From IMG/VR virus record IMGVR_UViG_3300039425_000002: 64,000 nt of DNA; one strand, written 5' to 3'. Source of the DNA: a virus. The notes below the pieces were generated by a model that was not told the origin of the DNA, did no database searches, and saw nothing but the letters and a program-made list of their open reading frames with translations. Of this stretch, positions 19,970 through 30,273 are shown piece after piece. A program made the translations under genes and the position numbers. How positions within the stretch are numbered: the first letter of the stretch is position 1; the number at the start of each line of letters is the position of its first letter.

Positions 19970-20339
19970 TAATTTTAGTCAGAAAGTTGATTTTCAGTCC
20001 AGTCAGGTAAGGTGAACTGGATAGGGGCTGTAGTTCAAACGTCCCCGTCTCTGTTTTACCAACTGCCGTGGTGATTGTCGCCCTGCCTTCGGCTGGGGGG
20101 TGCAAGTTGGTGGGTAGTTGTAGTGGGTTTGTTAAGTAGCCAGACATTAGCTCTGCCGTCTGATCGTCGCCTAAGTAGTAAGCGACTTCTGCTGCATTCC
20201 TCACTGGTTTGAGCATGGCGCGGATTTCTACCTGCGTTTCTTCCATCACGCGGTTGCCCACTGAGTTGATCGTAAAGTTACCCGTGGGGATGTCGAAGTG
20301 AAGAACAGCGTTTTCAAATGGACTGAATGGAGAAGACAT
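19947..20339 (-). CDS. Putative head closure protein
   Basis: Size and position at the start of the neck/tail operon. Confidence 0.5.
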   Translation of the reverse strand: MSSPFSPFENAVLHFDIPTGNFTINSVGNRVMEETQVEIRAMLKPVRNAAEVAYYLGDDQTAELMSGYLTNPLQLPTNLHPPAEGRATITTAVGKTETGTFELQPLSSSPYLTGLKINFLTKIIGVFRHG

Positions 20340-20346
20340 AAGTTAC

Positions 20347-20721
20347 AGAGTGGGAAGCAAAGCCCACCACTTTTAAGGGTGGGATGTAGCGTTAGCGCTT
20401 TTAAACGCCGTCGTGTTATAATTGATACAAGTTCTTCGACATACTTGAGGTAGGGGGTTCTGTTCAGAAGTTGAGCAGGTAAAACCTTAAACGTACCGTA
20501 AGGATGTAGCTGATCAGTTTGATGGGTCATAGAGTCGCTAGGGGTAAAAGCCGGGATTCAACCACTGAGAAGCCTCAAGAAAGAAAACCATCCTGGAGTT
20601 TGGGTTCGCCCAACTAGGCAGGGCGTTGTCTAGTAGGAGAGAATGTGTCAGACGGGGTTCGCCTCGCATCGTTCGCCAGTATCCTAGAATCCCACTGCTT
20701 CTAGCTGTGGGAGTGCGTCAA
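20347..20721 (+). mobile_element. Non-autonomous IS200/IS605 derivative
   Basis: Left hairpin cccacc-actttta-agggtggg; right end gaatcccactgcttctagctgtgggagtgcgTCAA. Confidence 0.7.
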
Positions 20722-21017
20722 TGACGTTTCCAAATCTCAACTTCCCCAAACTGAGGATCGTGTTCTACATGGAGGACAAATCCTTTCCTCTCCAAAATCT
20801 TTTGCATCTGCCTTAGAGGGTTAGGCACGACAACTTGCAAGTTTCGAGACTCAATTGACTCTAGAAGGCGCGAAAAATTGCCCTTTCCTGGGCGCTTCGA
20901 CAGAATTGCTGAAATGAAAATGCGATCGCCCTCTCTCCATAGATAGCCGTAGAACTTGTCGCTAGTAAAGCCAATTTGTTTAGCAAAATCAGAATCTAAG
21001 TCAATGAGTCCACTCAT
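20718..21017 (-). CDS. Small GNAT-like protein
   Basis: IFISAILSKRPGKGNFSRLL...MQKILERKGF; likely start MSGLID. Confidence 0.5.
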   Translation of the reverse strand: MSGLIDLDSDFAKQIGFTSDKFYGYLWREGDRIFISAILSKRPGKGNFSRLLESIESRNLQVVVPNPLRQMQKILERKGFVLHVEHDPQFGEVEIWKRH

Positions 21018-21036
21018 AGTGATCACCGAAAATAGA

Positions 21037-21444
21037 ACGGGAGTGTGGATGCCCTGTACCTTCAGGTCAGGGAGGAAGCACGACGCGGTGGTTTTAACCA
21101 CCGTCATGATATAATTTATACATACCGAAATGCTGCAAAGGCACTGTCTGATCTCGCAGGAACCGCTTCGCCAGTAGGTAAGTGTTGGTGCATAACACGC
21201 AAATCGAGATTTATTGGGGTCGTCCGATGATCGAATCGGTGTATAAACAATACTCCAGCAGGGGGACACAGGCTCTCGTACCGCTTGTGGGGAAGCGTTG
21301 GAGATGTAAGCCGACCTGGAGGTTCCTGAACTAATATGCTTGCAGGTGTCCATCTGTAACATCGTTAGGGAAGAGGGCTACTGAAACATTCCATCTGGAG
21401 GACTAAGGCGAATGCCCCGTCTCTTCAGAGCGGGGTGAGCTTAC
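21037..21444 (+). mobile_element. Non-autonomous IS200/IS605 derivative
   Basis: Related subterminal hairpins ccctgtaccTTCAggtcaggg and ccccgtctcTTCAgagcgggg; no transposase. Confidence 0.65.
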
Positions 21445-21527
21445 TTTTACCGAAATTCATACTTCTTTTTGGAAAGATGCGATCGCTCTAACCTCAGCTA
21501 TGATAGTGGCGAGCATTACCTCTACCA

Positions 21528-22004
21528 ATGTCCCTCACTCTTTCCCTTGCTGGCATCAGCGTTACCCTAGAAAAATTTCTCTCCACAGATTACCCCAGAA
21601 TTACGATTGAATCTTTAGCCGCAGTAGAATTCTCAGCTTTGGGTACTCCTGCTATTTCTGGTAGTCAGTTTGAGCCAAAGTTTTTGTGGAACATCAGTTG
21701 TCTTGTTAATCAACAGCAGCGGGATTTGTTGGAGGCGATCGCCTACGAATTCCAAACCCGCCGTCGAGCACTACAAGCCTGCGATATTTTAATTTATGAC
21801 CGAACGGCAACTTTGAAAGAACGCAGTCCCAGGAGTCGAGCACTGGTGCCAACTACCGCTGAATTATCTTTAAATGGTGGTACTCACACGGCATATTATG
21901 GGCAGTTCTACGCCGGAATCACAGAGGGTCCGCGCTTTACTAAACAGGGACGGTTGGATGCTATGTCACTCGTTCTAACTGAAACAATCAAGGTGAGCGC
22001 GTAG
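21528..22004 (+). CDS. Putative distal tail protein
   Basis: Size; first gene of the tail-tip cluster. Confidence 0.45.
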   Translation: MSLTLSLAGISVTLEKFLSTDYPRITIESLAAVEFSALGTPAISGSQFEPKFLWNISCLVNQQQRDLLEAIAYEFQTRRRALQACDILIYDRTATLKERSPRSRALVPTTAELSLNGGTHTAYYGQFYAGITEGPRFTKQGRLDAMSLVLTETIKVSA

Positions 22005-24478
22005 TGGCGATTAACACCAGCGCAAGAAAGCACAGACTGCTGATCGGCGGACAAGACTTTTCCGCTGGTCTAGTTGAGGTTTCAAATTGGCAGTCCACCC
22101 CAATTGACGGCAGTGGATTAATCCGCACTACCGCTACGCTGACGTTGATTGAGGTTAGAGGATTGCCAGGAAGTCTAGACGATCGCATCAATTCCCTATG
22201 GCGGGTTGGACAAACCGTTCATATTGATGTCACCACCGAGGATGCTGGCACTTTATCCCGACACCCAGCTGGCACCCTCCGCATCCTCAGCAGCGAGTGG
22301 GATTATGAAAGCCGTCGCCTCACCCTCAACTGCGGTTGTTTGATTACCCTACTTTCCTATCGTCAACCGACAGACCCTAAAAAGACAGGCATTGAACCAG
22401 GGAGTTTGACCTCAAGGAATGCGATTGTCCGCAATCTACTACAAGCCGCCGGGATAACAGCGATCGCCCTCCCCTACAGCCTGCCTTATCCCCTCCACTA
22501 CCCGGAAATCAACGGTAGCTACTTAGAGGCAGATGGAAAATTGCTTTACAGTGCCGGGTTTGTGGGGTGGATTGATAAGACAGAAACCTTCCGGATTAAA
22601 CCAGTTAGCCTGCAAGGAATCTCTCAACTAACTCTGCAAATTGGCGGCGATCGCGGGGATGAACTATGGTGGCGCAGGCTCTCTTCGGCAGAAGGTCCAA
22701 GGGAAATTATTAAAGTCCGGGGCGTTAAACAAATCGCCTCGTTTCCGGAATACCCCAAGCAAACAACTGTCACTCGCTACGGGGCAGCCAACACTGTAAT
22801 TCCAGGGGCAGGGAACTACACGATAGTCACGGGATACGAAACGATTAGAGAAGAGTATGATTCTTCGGCAAAGAAACTAACAGCCACGCGCATAAGTTAT
22901 CGGAGTTTCAGCTTAGTTTATCCTGAAAAAGAGCCGCGTTCGACTAATCTAGTTAATGATCTACTAAGTATTGAATCAAGGCAATTTGAAACAGGGGATG
23001 AAGGTAAATTAATTAGTAGTTATACCAAAGTTTACAAGCAAGCCGATGTGATTGAAGCGGAGTATATTAAGTACAAAGAAGAGAATGAAAACGTGCAATT
23101 TAGTCTTGGGAACTTGATTTTAGCTGAGGAGATTTTCACCTCCTATACCTACGATCGCAAGAACCGCCCGGTTTCTGTAACAACGACTAAATACGAAACC
23201 GAAGTAGCAATTCTCACGGGGACTAACCACGATTGGGGACCTTATCCTTTGCCACCGACTAATCGCGTTCCTTCGGAGGTGACGACTGAAACTTGGTCTA
23301 ACCCTCGACTGAATGAATGGGCGCATACAGTTTTTGGCTCCAAAAGTTACTGTCGGTTGAAGCCAGAATTGCTGACAGATGAAACCACAACCAATCAGAA
23401 ACTAAGTCTAGCTGCGGATGATTCTGTATCGGTAAGGGAAGTGTCAAATAGCGGTCAGACTGTACCGCCTGCACCCGAACGGTGCCCCCCTAAAGCGAAC
23501 TTCTACGACCAGCAAGTGTGTGGGGAAGCCAGATTTTCTCAGCACGGCGGAAATCCCTATCAAGAAAGAGAGCGGGTATTTCAAATTGATTACCTAGCTG
23601 GAAAAGTACAGACTCAAAGTAATGTAGACTATACTTCCACTCCAATTGAGGATTGCACAGATGCCCAGTGCCAGAAGATAGCTCAGATTGAGGGCGCTTT
23701 ACTCTACGGCAGGTTCAAGGGACAAGATATTGGCTTGAATTTAAATGATGCCTTGTTTAACTGGGAACCGCTGATGCGGGTAAATTGTGTCGAACCAGAT
23801 GGAACGCAACGTGTCTTCGCTTTGGATGATGCCCACTGGTACCTGGGGCAGCAGCGGGCAATGTGTAATTTTGGTTGTATTTGGATAGGCGACGCTAGCG
23901 GCATAACTCGTACTGCTACCGTGACAACGAGTGCGATGGTCGCTCCGCGAACCGCCGAAGGCATCGCTTCCCCTGGCGATACGACAATCTCGATTCAGCC
24001 AAGTCCGGGGTATATCCCAGCCAATACAGTGCTGACAATTGGGGGAGTGGAGGTGGTGACGGCGGAAGCTGTGCAGTTTGGGGATACGGCGATCGCTGTT
24101 GTTTCAATTCCCGCTCCAATTGATAGTGGCGTAAGCGCTACTTACACAGAAGAAATCCTACACCTGCCTTATGTACGGGTGCAGAACCTGACGGTGCGGG
24201 GTGTGGGGGTCGTGGAGGTCGTGGCTCGTCCTTATGCCCTAACTGCAACTACTGTGAGTGTTGAAATAGTAGGTGTAGGAGCGATCGCAGTTCAGACTGC
24301 TTCATCTGGAACTGGGGCAGGTTTTTACTGGGATGACGTGAGTGAGGAACAGTGGAACAACATGACTGAAACTGACTGGAACAACGCTTTCCCTGGTAGC
24401 GGCACCCTGACTTGGAATGCTATGACTGAGGAGAATTGGAATAATTTAACTGAAAATAGCTGGAACAATCTTGCCTGA
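22004..24478 (+). CDS. Putative tail tip / hub protein
   Basis: 824-aa beta-rich protein sharing a domain with the major tail protein; Trp-rich C-terminal repeats. Confidence 0.6.
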   Translation: MAINTSARKHRLLIGGQDFSAGLVEVSNWQSTPIDGSGLIRTTATLTLIEVRGLPGSLDDRINSLWRVGQTVHIDVTTEDAGTLSRHPAGTLRILSSEWDYESRRLTLNCGCLITLLSYRQPTDPKKTGIEPGSLTSRNAIVRNLLQAAGITAIALPYSLPYPLHYPEINGSYLEADGKLLYSAGFVGWIDKTETFRIKPVSLQGISQLTLQIGGDRGDELWWRRLSSAEGPREIIKVRGVKQIASFPEYPKQTTVTRYGAANTVIPGAGNYTIVTGYETIREEYDSSAKKLTATRISYRSFSLVYPEKEPRSTNLVNDLLSIESRQFETGDEGKLISSYTKVYKQADVIEAEYIKYKEENENVQFSLGNLILAEEIFTSYTYDRKNRPVSVTTTKYETEVAILTGTNHDWGPYPLPPTNRVPSEVTTETWSNPRLNEWAHTVFGSKSYCRLKPELLTDETTTNQKLSLAADDSVSVREVSNSGQTVPPAPERCPPKANFYDQQVCGEARFSQHGGNPYQERERVFQIDYLAGKVQTQSNVDYTSTPIEDCTDAQCQKIAQIEGALLYGRFKGQDIGLNLNDALFNWEPLMRVNCVEPDGTQRVFALDDAHWYLGQQRAMCNFGCIWIGDASGITRTATVTTSAMVAPRTAEGIASPGDTTISIQPSPGYIPANTVLTIGGVEVVTAEAVQFGDTAIAVVSIPAPIDSGVSATYTEEILHLPYVRVQNLTVRGVGVVEVVARPYALTATTVSVEIVGVGAIAVQTASSGTGAGFYWDDVSEEQWNNMTETDWNNAFPGSGTLTWNAMTEENWNNLTENSWNNLA

Positions 24479-25152
24479 TGCCAGTCACAGCCACTCAACA
24501 CGCAGATATTCTTGATTTCAAAGTAGAACGCATCTACCGAGGTCAGACAGCTAGGATATGCCTCTCAAATACTGCCCTTACAGTCAATAGCACCCCAGAA
24601 GAAGTGTTTGCTTCCGAACTGCTACCTCAGAATGGATATGCTCGGATTAGTCAAGCGATTGCTACCGATGCTGGTATCTATAATTCCAGCACTGAGGAAT
24701 TGACTTTACCTATCCTGAATGCTACCTTCACCGCCTCCGGTGCTGCCTTGGAGTGGCGATCGTGCTTCGTGCTTATAGGGGGCAGCGCCACAGCATCCAA
24801 GTCTTTTACCGCAGCAAGCGTCGACCCAGCAGCCGATCGGATTACGCTAGCTGCCCACGGTTTAGCGAATGGCGATCGCATCCTATTTACACCCGAAGCG
24901 ACGAGCATGCTACCAGGAGGAATAGCTAGTTCTGTGCGTTACTACGTGGAAGCGGTTGACCTCAACACTATCCGCTTGCACGCTAATTTGGCACTCTCTT
25001 CTTTGGTAGACATTACCAACACTGGTAGTGGCACAATGTACCTCCGCTATGCCAGTGGCAGAATTGCAGCAGTGGTACAAGAGGATGCGCCGGTGCAGCG
25101 TTTGGATGGGCAGCAGTACACATACAGTATTAATCTCAAGGAGGCAATTTAG
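24478..25152 (+). CDS. Phage tail structural protein
   Basis: NGYARI...ATFTASG and DRITLAAHGLANGDRI motifs seen in tail proteins; translationally coupled. Confidence 0.6.
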   Translation: MPVTATQHADILDFKVERIYRGQTARICLSNTALTVNSTPEEVFASELLPQNGYARISQAIATDAGIYNSSTEELTLPILNATFTASGAALEWRSCFVLIGGSATASKSFTAASVDPAADRITLAAHGLANGDRILFTPEATSMLPGGIASSVRYYVEAVDLNTIRLHANLALSSLVDITNTGSGTMYLRYASGRIAAVVQEDAPVQRLDGQQYTYSINLKEAI

Positions 25153-25154
25153 TC

Positions 25155-26306
25155 GTGGCACCACAGACAGGATATGCCGTAGCAGATATAGCAGCACTGA
25201 AGGCAATTGCTGCCACAGATAGGACGGACGGGTACTCAAGATTAGTAAAGATCGCGGCTGACGGAAAGCCTGCTTGGTATACATTCGTCGATAGTAGTAG
25301 CGCCACTGGCGATGATAGTTCGGTGGTCGTACCAAATGCAGGAACGGGGAGATGGGTTAGATCAAATCAACCCCTCAACACGACTACAAATGGCGGCTCT
25401 AGTAGTTCTGGCGCAGACAATATTCTGACTGGATTGCTTTCTTTCTGGCAGTTTGAAGAAGCCTCTGGCATTAGAAACGATGTCATGGGATCTAATCATT
25501 TAACGCCTTCTGGGACAATAACCCAAGTTGCTGGAAAAGTAGGTAATGGGGCGCATATTTCAACTGGAAGTTACTTATCGGTAGAGGATAACTCTCCTAA
25601 CCTGAGAATATTATCAAACAATAGCTTGACTATTGCGGGATGGTTTAAACCGGATACTTTGAACGCTACAACTCTTAGGGAGATAATTCAAACAGAGGGA
25701 TACCATATAGGTATAACTCCGGCTAATAACCTGATTTTTGTTGTACGAGCTAGCAACGGTCCAGAGGGTTATATATCACTACCAATAGCAACAGCAAATG
25801 TTTGGTACTTTTTTGTTTGTGAATATAATTCTAGTACAAACAAAATTTCATTACAGTTGAACAACAACGCAGAAACTACAGGCGACTGCATAGCTGATAA
25901 TAGTTACGTAAGTGGTACTTTTTATATTGGATGTTATAACCCTGATTATTATTACTTTGATGGTATTGTTGATGCGCTAGGAGTTTGGAATAAAGTACTC
26001 ACAACAGAAGAAAAGACATATTTATATAATGAAGGCAATGGTGTAAAGCTTCCAACCTTAGTTAATGCACATCAAATTCAATCTCGCAAAGTATCTAATA
26101 CAACCCCTACAGATGAGCAAGCTTTGATCTGGGACAACACTGCTTTGATATGGAAACCCGGATTCCCTAAAAAACTCGGCTTTGGCAATGCTCCTGCCAC
26201 TACTATATCTACAGGAACACAAGGTGAAATCAGAGTAGATGACAATTATTTGTATATTTGCGTCTCGCAGGATACCTGGAAGCGAGTTAGCTTAGCAACG
26301 TGGTAA
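25155..26306 (+). CDS. LamG/concanavalin-domain tail fibre protein
   Basis: WQFEE, TIAGWFKP, FDGIVDALGVWNKVLT; C-terminal GEIRVDDNYLYICV..DTWKR. Confidence 0.8.
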   Translation: MAPQTGYAVADIAALKAIAATDRTDGYSRLVKIAADGKPAWYTFVDSSSATGDDSSVVVPNAGTGRWVRSNQPLNTTTNGGSSSSGADNILTGLLSFWQFEEASGIRNDVMGSNHLTPSGTITQVAGKVGNGAHISTGSYLSVEDNSPNLRILSNNSLTIAGWFKPDTLNATTLREIIQTEGYHIGITPANNLIFVVRASNGPEGYISLPIATANVWYFFVCEYNSSTNKISLQLNNNAETTGDCIADNSYVSGTFYIGCYNPDYYYFDGIVDALGVWNKVLTTEEKTYLYNEGNGVKLPTLVNAHQIQSRKVSNTTPTDEQALIWDNTALIWKPGFPKKLGFGNAPATTISTGTQGEIRVDDNYLYICVSQDTWKRVSLATW

Positions 26307-28351
26307 ATCCAGAGTCTAGGTTACAACAACAAGCCGCTCTAGCCCGTGCTGCCCGCCAACAACAACGGGCAAAAAAGGAGCGATCGCTACCTCATCCCCA
26401 CGCCACAGCTGCTGGGTTTGATGCCGACTTGGGATTAGAGAGGATTCAGCTAAGTGATGGCTCCATCCGGTACGCGGCACCCGAGACGAATGGGGCGATT
26501 GGGATTGGAGATCCTGTGCTGATGCATGAGAGTAGGGGAGCGACTCATGTTGATGCACCGCCATCTGTGAAACGCAGACTTAACCCACAATTACCCAAAA
26601 GTCCACCAGTTACAACTCCTTTCAAAGTGTTATTTAGCGTGGAATCTAATGATATACGAAAATTTTATATTGGAGGTGATAGACCAGTTCCCGTAGAAAT
26701 TCTTTCTTTAAATATGAACGATGTTTATATTTACGATATATATATATCAAATACTGGTAAGAAAAAAGATGACTGGATTGTAACCCTTCGTTATTGGGAA
26801 TTTGACACAAATAATGTAATAACGCGATCACTTGGATTTCCAGAAGATACTTGGCAGTTTAGTTCTCCCCCTTCTCCGAATGAACACCCATCAATATTTA
26901 CTGAATATAGAGGCGGCGGGGTATGGTTGAGCAGACAAGCCATATATGCTAACACTAGTAGATCGTCCACTATTGATTATTTAGATCCTAACAAGGATGC
27001 TGAATCAATTATTTATCCCATACTGAATAGTCCCCCATTCATGTCTTGCGGCGGTGAAAAGCGCATCACAGTTGAGATGACTGGAGGGAATTGTAAGTCT
27101 GATGGTACGCCTTATTATGTCGATGGAATGAATTTATATCGACCAAGCCGAAGCACTCTTTCTGACAATACTCATGTTGACATGGGTAGTTTTGCACTTT
27201 TTAAAAATCAATCAAAGTTGTCCATAGGTGAATACCGCTTTGATACTACAAGTATTCTTGACAGGCTGTGCGCGGATAATCTTGAACAACGCGGAACGAA
27301 AGACCACCTATATACAGAACAATTAACACATTTTTTATCTAATACCATATCAGGAGAAATTACAGAACGCTTTGAGGCTCACGGTGTTTATGCTGGACGT
27401 GATTATAATAGTTGGTCAGCTATAGTTCCTGAATACCGAGAATATGAAGACGCTAATATCTTAGTAGCAGTGGGGGGAAAAACCTGCATAAGTGCTAGTG
27501 CAGAGCATACAGAAGTTGTAGAAAGCTACGGAAAGGGTAGTAGTGTTAGTGAAACTTTTATTCAGTCTACCTCAACTCGTTTTTTCTTGAATATAACTAC
27601 ACTTAAAGAAAAAGAATTAAATAACTCTTCTAGCTTTACTTTTGTTTGCGGAAGCAAGCTTGATATCAATGAAAATACAACTACAATTAATATTCCTACT
27701 AGCTTTTATGGTATTTCAGCTAGAATGTCTGTGCCGTTAGATATCTATACAGGCTATAATAATTCCACGCGGACAAGCGAACCTTTAAATTTTAATTTCA
27801 TTGGACAGCCTGTTAAAATCTCTCAAATAGCCAATTCAGAATTTACCGAATACTGGACAGCATTAGGAACGATAAGTTCATTTCGGTTAGGTGGTCTTCT
27901 TCAGCAAAATTCAGATCATGTTAGAAGTGCTTATATTACTGAAATGTCAATCAATATTACTGAAGTTAAAAAAACAAAATATGATTATTTAGCATCTATA
28001 AACGGAACTGTTACTTGCCTCAATAATTCAGTTTTTCCCTTACTTTACCTTGAACAAGGTTTTTTTCATCCGATGGTTAATTTTAAAGGTGGGGCTTATC
28101 AAAGTGTTGACTATAGATTCACAAATTTTATTAAAGATAAAATATATTTTTCTCGCTATCCTCAAGAGTTGTTATCTAAATCTGGCAATGGTCATGCTGA
28201 AGTGTGGGAACTTCGTCAAAATGGAGATAAATTAGATGCGGTTCAAGGAGAGCTTGTTTCAGGTAAAGTTTACTCTTTAAAAGCGCCTACAAACTACAAA
28301 GATAATCCTAATATTATTTATAAGATTGAAAGTGTAAGTTGCTATGCCTAA
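26300..28351 (+). CDS. Putative receptor-binding / tail protein with AT-rich C-terminal region
   Basis: In tail cluster; composition shift after about 26640. Confidence 0.55.
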   Translation: MVNPESRLQQQAALARAARQQQRAKKERSLPHPHATAAGFDADLGLERIQLSDGSIRYAAPETNGAIGIGDPVLMHESRGATHVDAPPSVKRRLNPQLPKSPPVTTPFKVLFSVESNDIRKFYIGGDRPVPVEILSLNMNDVYIYDIYISNTGKKKDDWIVTLRYWEFDTNNVITRSLGFPEDTWQFSSPPSPNEHPSIFTEYRGGGVWLSRQAIYANTSRSSTIDYLDPNKDAESIIYPILNSPPFMSCGGEKRITVEMTGGNCKSDGTPYYVDGMNLYRPSRSTLSDNTHVDMGSFALFKNQSKLSIGEYRFDTTSILDRLCADNLEQRGTKDHLYTEQLTHFLSNTISGEITERFEAHGVYAGRDYNSWSAIVPEYREYEDANILVAVGGKTCISASAEHTEVVESYGKGSSVSETFIQSTSTRFFLNITTLKEKELNNSSSFTFVCGSKLDINENTTTINIPTSFYGISARMSVPLDIYTGYNNSTRTSEPLNFNFIGQPVKISQIANSEFTEYWTALGTISSFRLGGLLQQNSDHVRSAYITEMSINITEVKKTKYDYLASINGTVTCLNNSVFPLLYLEQGFFHPMVNFKGGAYQSVDYRFTNFIKDKIYFSRYPQELLSKSGNGHAEVWELRQNGDKLDAVQGELVSGKVYSLKAPTNYKDNPNIIYKIESVSCYA

Positions 28352-28389
28352 CCCAAGCCCTGACATACTCAAGAGCGCCGCATCAAAAA

Positions 28390-28530
28390 TGGACAATTAA
28401 CAGTGGACAGTGGACAGTTGATAGTTGACAGTTGAAAAATCTTCGTTGTCAATTGTCAATTGTCAACTGTTCACTGTCTTCGCTGTCAATTGTCCACTGT
28501 CAATTGTCAACTCTCTTTGTCAATTGTTAA
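28390..28530. repeat. Cyanobacterial STRR-like heptamer repeats in inverted arrangement
   Basis: gacagt(g/t)g series followed by ttgtcaa / ctgtc series. Confidence 0.8.
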
Positions 28531-28532
28531 CT

Positions 28533-28808
28533 ATGCGACCAGAAGAATTACTCCAACAACAAGCCGCGATCGCTCGCACTCAACGCTCTTCACTCAAGGT
28601 CGAGCAGCAGGAACTGCAACAAAACCGCACCCAGTTATCCGCCACCCTGCTCAGTTTCGACTCCGCTCTCGGTGCTTGGCGGTGCCGGTTAGAGGATGGC
28701 TCAGTGATTTATGCCAAGTCAATTACTTCTAGCGGTGGCAAGGGAGCTGGCAGCGTGATTTCTTTATATAAGCCTGCTCAGGGAATGGCGATTATCAAGT
28801 GGCTTTAG
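28533..28808 (+). CDS. Small paralog of the N-terminal domain of 26300..28351
   Basis: PEELLQQQAAIAR...FDSALG...LEDGSVIYA vs PESRLQQQAALAR...FDADLG...LSDGSIRYA. Confidence 0.65.
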   Translation: MRPEELLQQQAAIARTQRSSLKVEQQELQQNRTQLSATLLSFDSALGAWRCRLEDGSVIYAKSITSSGGKGAGSVISLYKPAQGMAIIKWL

Positions 28809-28835
28809 GGCTGGGTGCGATCGCCAAAGGCATTA

Positions 28836-29333
28836 TCAATCCGTCCGGCTTGAAGCATAGTGCACATGCTCCCACGCCCCTTTAAGTGCTTCCCGCTCTC
28901 GCTCTATCGCATTCGCTCTTTGCTGCACTGCTTGATAAATCAATTGCAACTTCTTTTCTCGTTGCTTGAGTAAATCTTCCCGGCGCTCAATCTCTTGCTC
29001 GCGAATAAACAATTGCTGGCTCTGATAATCTAGCGATTCGCGCCAGAGCTTGATTTCCGATTCTCGACCATCAAATTTAGCCGACTTGAGCACCCAATCT
29101 CGGAAAGAACTAATTAGCTCATCTAAAGCAGGAATAATTTTGACAATCTGCCGTTGCTCGTTCAACTCAACTAGAACCAATACGCCCTGATTGAAGCGAT
29201 TTTGCTCCGACGATAAAGCGATCGCTTCTGATGCAACTTTCGCCCATAGCCCATCAAGGCGCTTCTGGCTGACCAGCTGCACCTTTGTTTTGCCGTAGAG
29301 AGGCTTCTCAATCACCTGGGCGAGGTAGTACAT
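28836..29333 (-). CDS. Truncated homolog of the N-terminus of pilus motility protein HmpF
   Basis: MYYLAQV...GVLVLVELNEQRQI...EIKLWRESLDYQSQQLFIREQE resembles the recalled cyanobacterial HmpF N-terminus. Confidence 0.7.
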   Translation of the reverse strand: MYYLAQVIEKPLYGKTKVQLVSQKRLDGLWAKVASEAIALSSEQNRFNQGVLVLVELNEQRQIVKIIPALDELISSFRDWVLKSAKFDGRESEIKLWRESLDYQSQQLFIREQEIERREDLLKQREKKLQLIYQAVQQRANAIEREREALKGAWEHVHYASSRTD

Positions 29334-29624
29334 CTACTCAAGCTTGCGCCCCCCAGATAAAGCGCTGCCGAGAGCGATCGCCAACTTGTCTGTATTAAAT
29401 CCCAAGGCTGAGGCTACCAAAAACAAATAGCCACCTAGCACATGCACTGGAACATCTTTAGTATGGATATCCAGACCAGATTTAGAACTATACTTAGCAT
29501 CAACTGACTGCCAGCAAAGTAGTCCAGTCAGGGCAATACTGAACAGATAAGCATAACCTTTGCCCAGAGTTTTAGATTGAGGAATAATTTCTTTATCGTT
29601 GAGCACTAGTCTGTTCCTCCCCAA
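29334..29624 (-). CDS. Two-TM membrane protein (holin candidate or pilus-cluster accessory)
   Basis: Two hydrophobic segments; near the endolysin. Confidence 0.5.
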   Translation of the reverse strand: MGRNRLVLNDKEIIPQSKTLGKGYAYLFSIALTGLLCWQSVDAKYSSKSGLDIHTKDVPVHVLGGYLFLVASALGFNTDKLAIALGSALSGGRKLE

Positions 29625-30168
29625 CCGCTACGCTTTGGTTAGTACACTTGATCTCCCCGCCGCCCATGTGAGCCTCGCCGGTTGTTAGCTCGATGTTGGC
29701 AGCACTCAGAACCTGCCCTAGCTGGGTTGATTCGCACATTGCGGTCAAGGTAGCCGGTTCACCAGAACCAGGTTGGTAAGCTAACCCGATTGCCCCAACA
29801 TAAGACTTGTAAGCATTGCCCTTGGGAGTCGCGATCATCGCTACCCCTACGCCCTCTTGGGTTGGAGCAAAGCTGTAGTCGTAATTGCTGGTAGAGGTGG
29901 CGATGCCCAAACCTAGTTTGCCAATCTGGGCAGTGTCGGTGACAAACTCACCGTGTTCAAGGTAATAGACTTGCTGCGCTCTGTTTAAGCTAGACAGGTT
30001 TACTTTGGCATCTGTTTGCTTTGCTTTGTTGGCTTGACTTAACAGCGAAGGTACAGAAATGGCAGATAGAATGCCAATGATAATAATCACGACTAATAGT
30101 TCGGTTAGGGTAAAACCTTGTTCTTTTTGCTGGTTTTTTAAATACTTTATTAGATAAAGTTTTATCAT
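29593..30168 (-). CDS. Type IV pilin (PilA-like, cyanobacterial pilin G/H type)
   Basis: Prepilin site QG|FTLTELLVVIIIIGILSAISVP; NRAQQVYYLE; C-terminal Cys pair. Confidence 0.92.
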   Translation of the reverse strand: MIKLYLIKYLKNQQKEQGFTLTELLVVIIIIGILSAISVPSLLSQANKAKQTDAKVNLSSLNRAQQVYYLEHGEFVTDTAQIGKLGLGIATSTSNYDYSFAPTQEGVGVAMIATPKGNAYKSYVGAIGLAYQPGSGEPATLTAMCESTQLGQVLSAANIELTTGEAHMGGGEIKCTNQSVAVGEEQTSAQR

Positions 30169-30243
30169 ATTTAATCAACTAGAAATACTTATCTAATTAG
30201 AACTTACCCAGTTAGCTACAATTCATTTCATCGCCCAATTTTT

Positions 30244-30273
30244 ATACTAACTAAGTCATAACTTAGTTAGTAT
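30244..30273. promoter_or_regulatory. 13-bp perfect inverted repeat (operator candidate)
   Basis: ATACTAACTAAGT-cata-ACTTAGTTAGTAT between divergent pilin and CopG-like genes. Confidence 0.65.

Noticed and set aside
21018..21362. N-terminal half of ORF 20718..21362
   Set aside because: Lies inside a non-autonomous IS element; likely fortuitous
28425..28532. N-terminal extension of ORF 28425..28808
   Set aside because: Translation of STRR heptamer repeats; real start is probably ATG 28533
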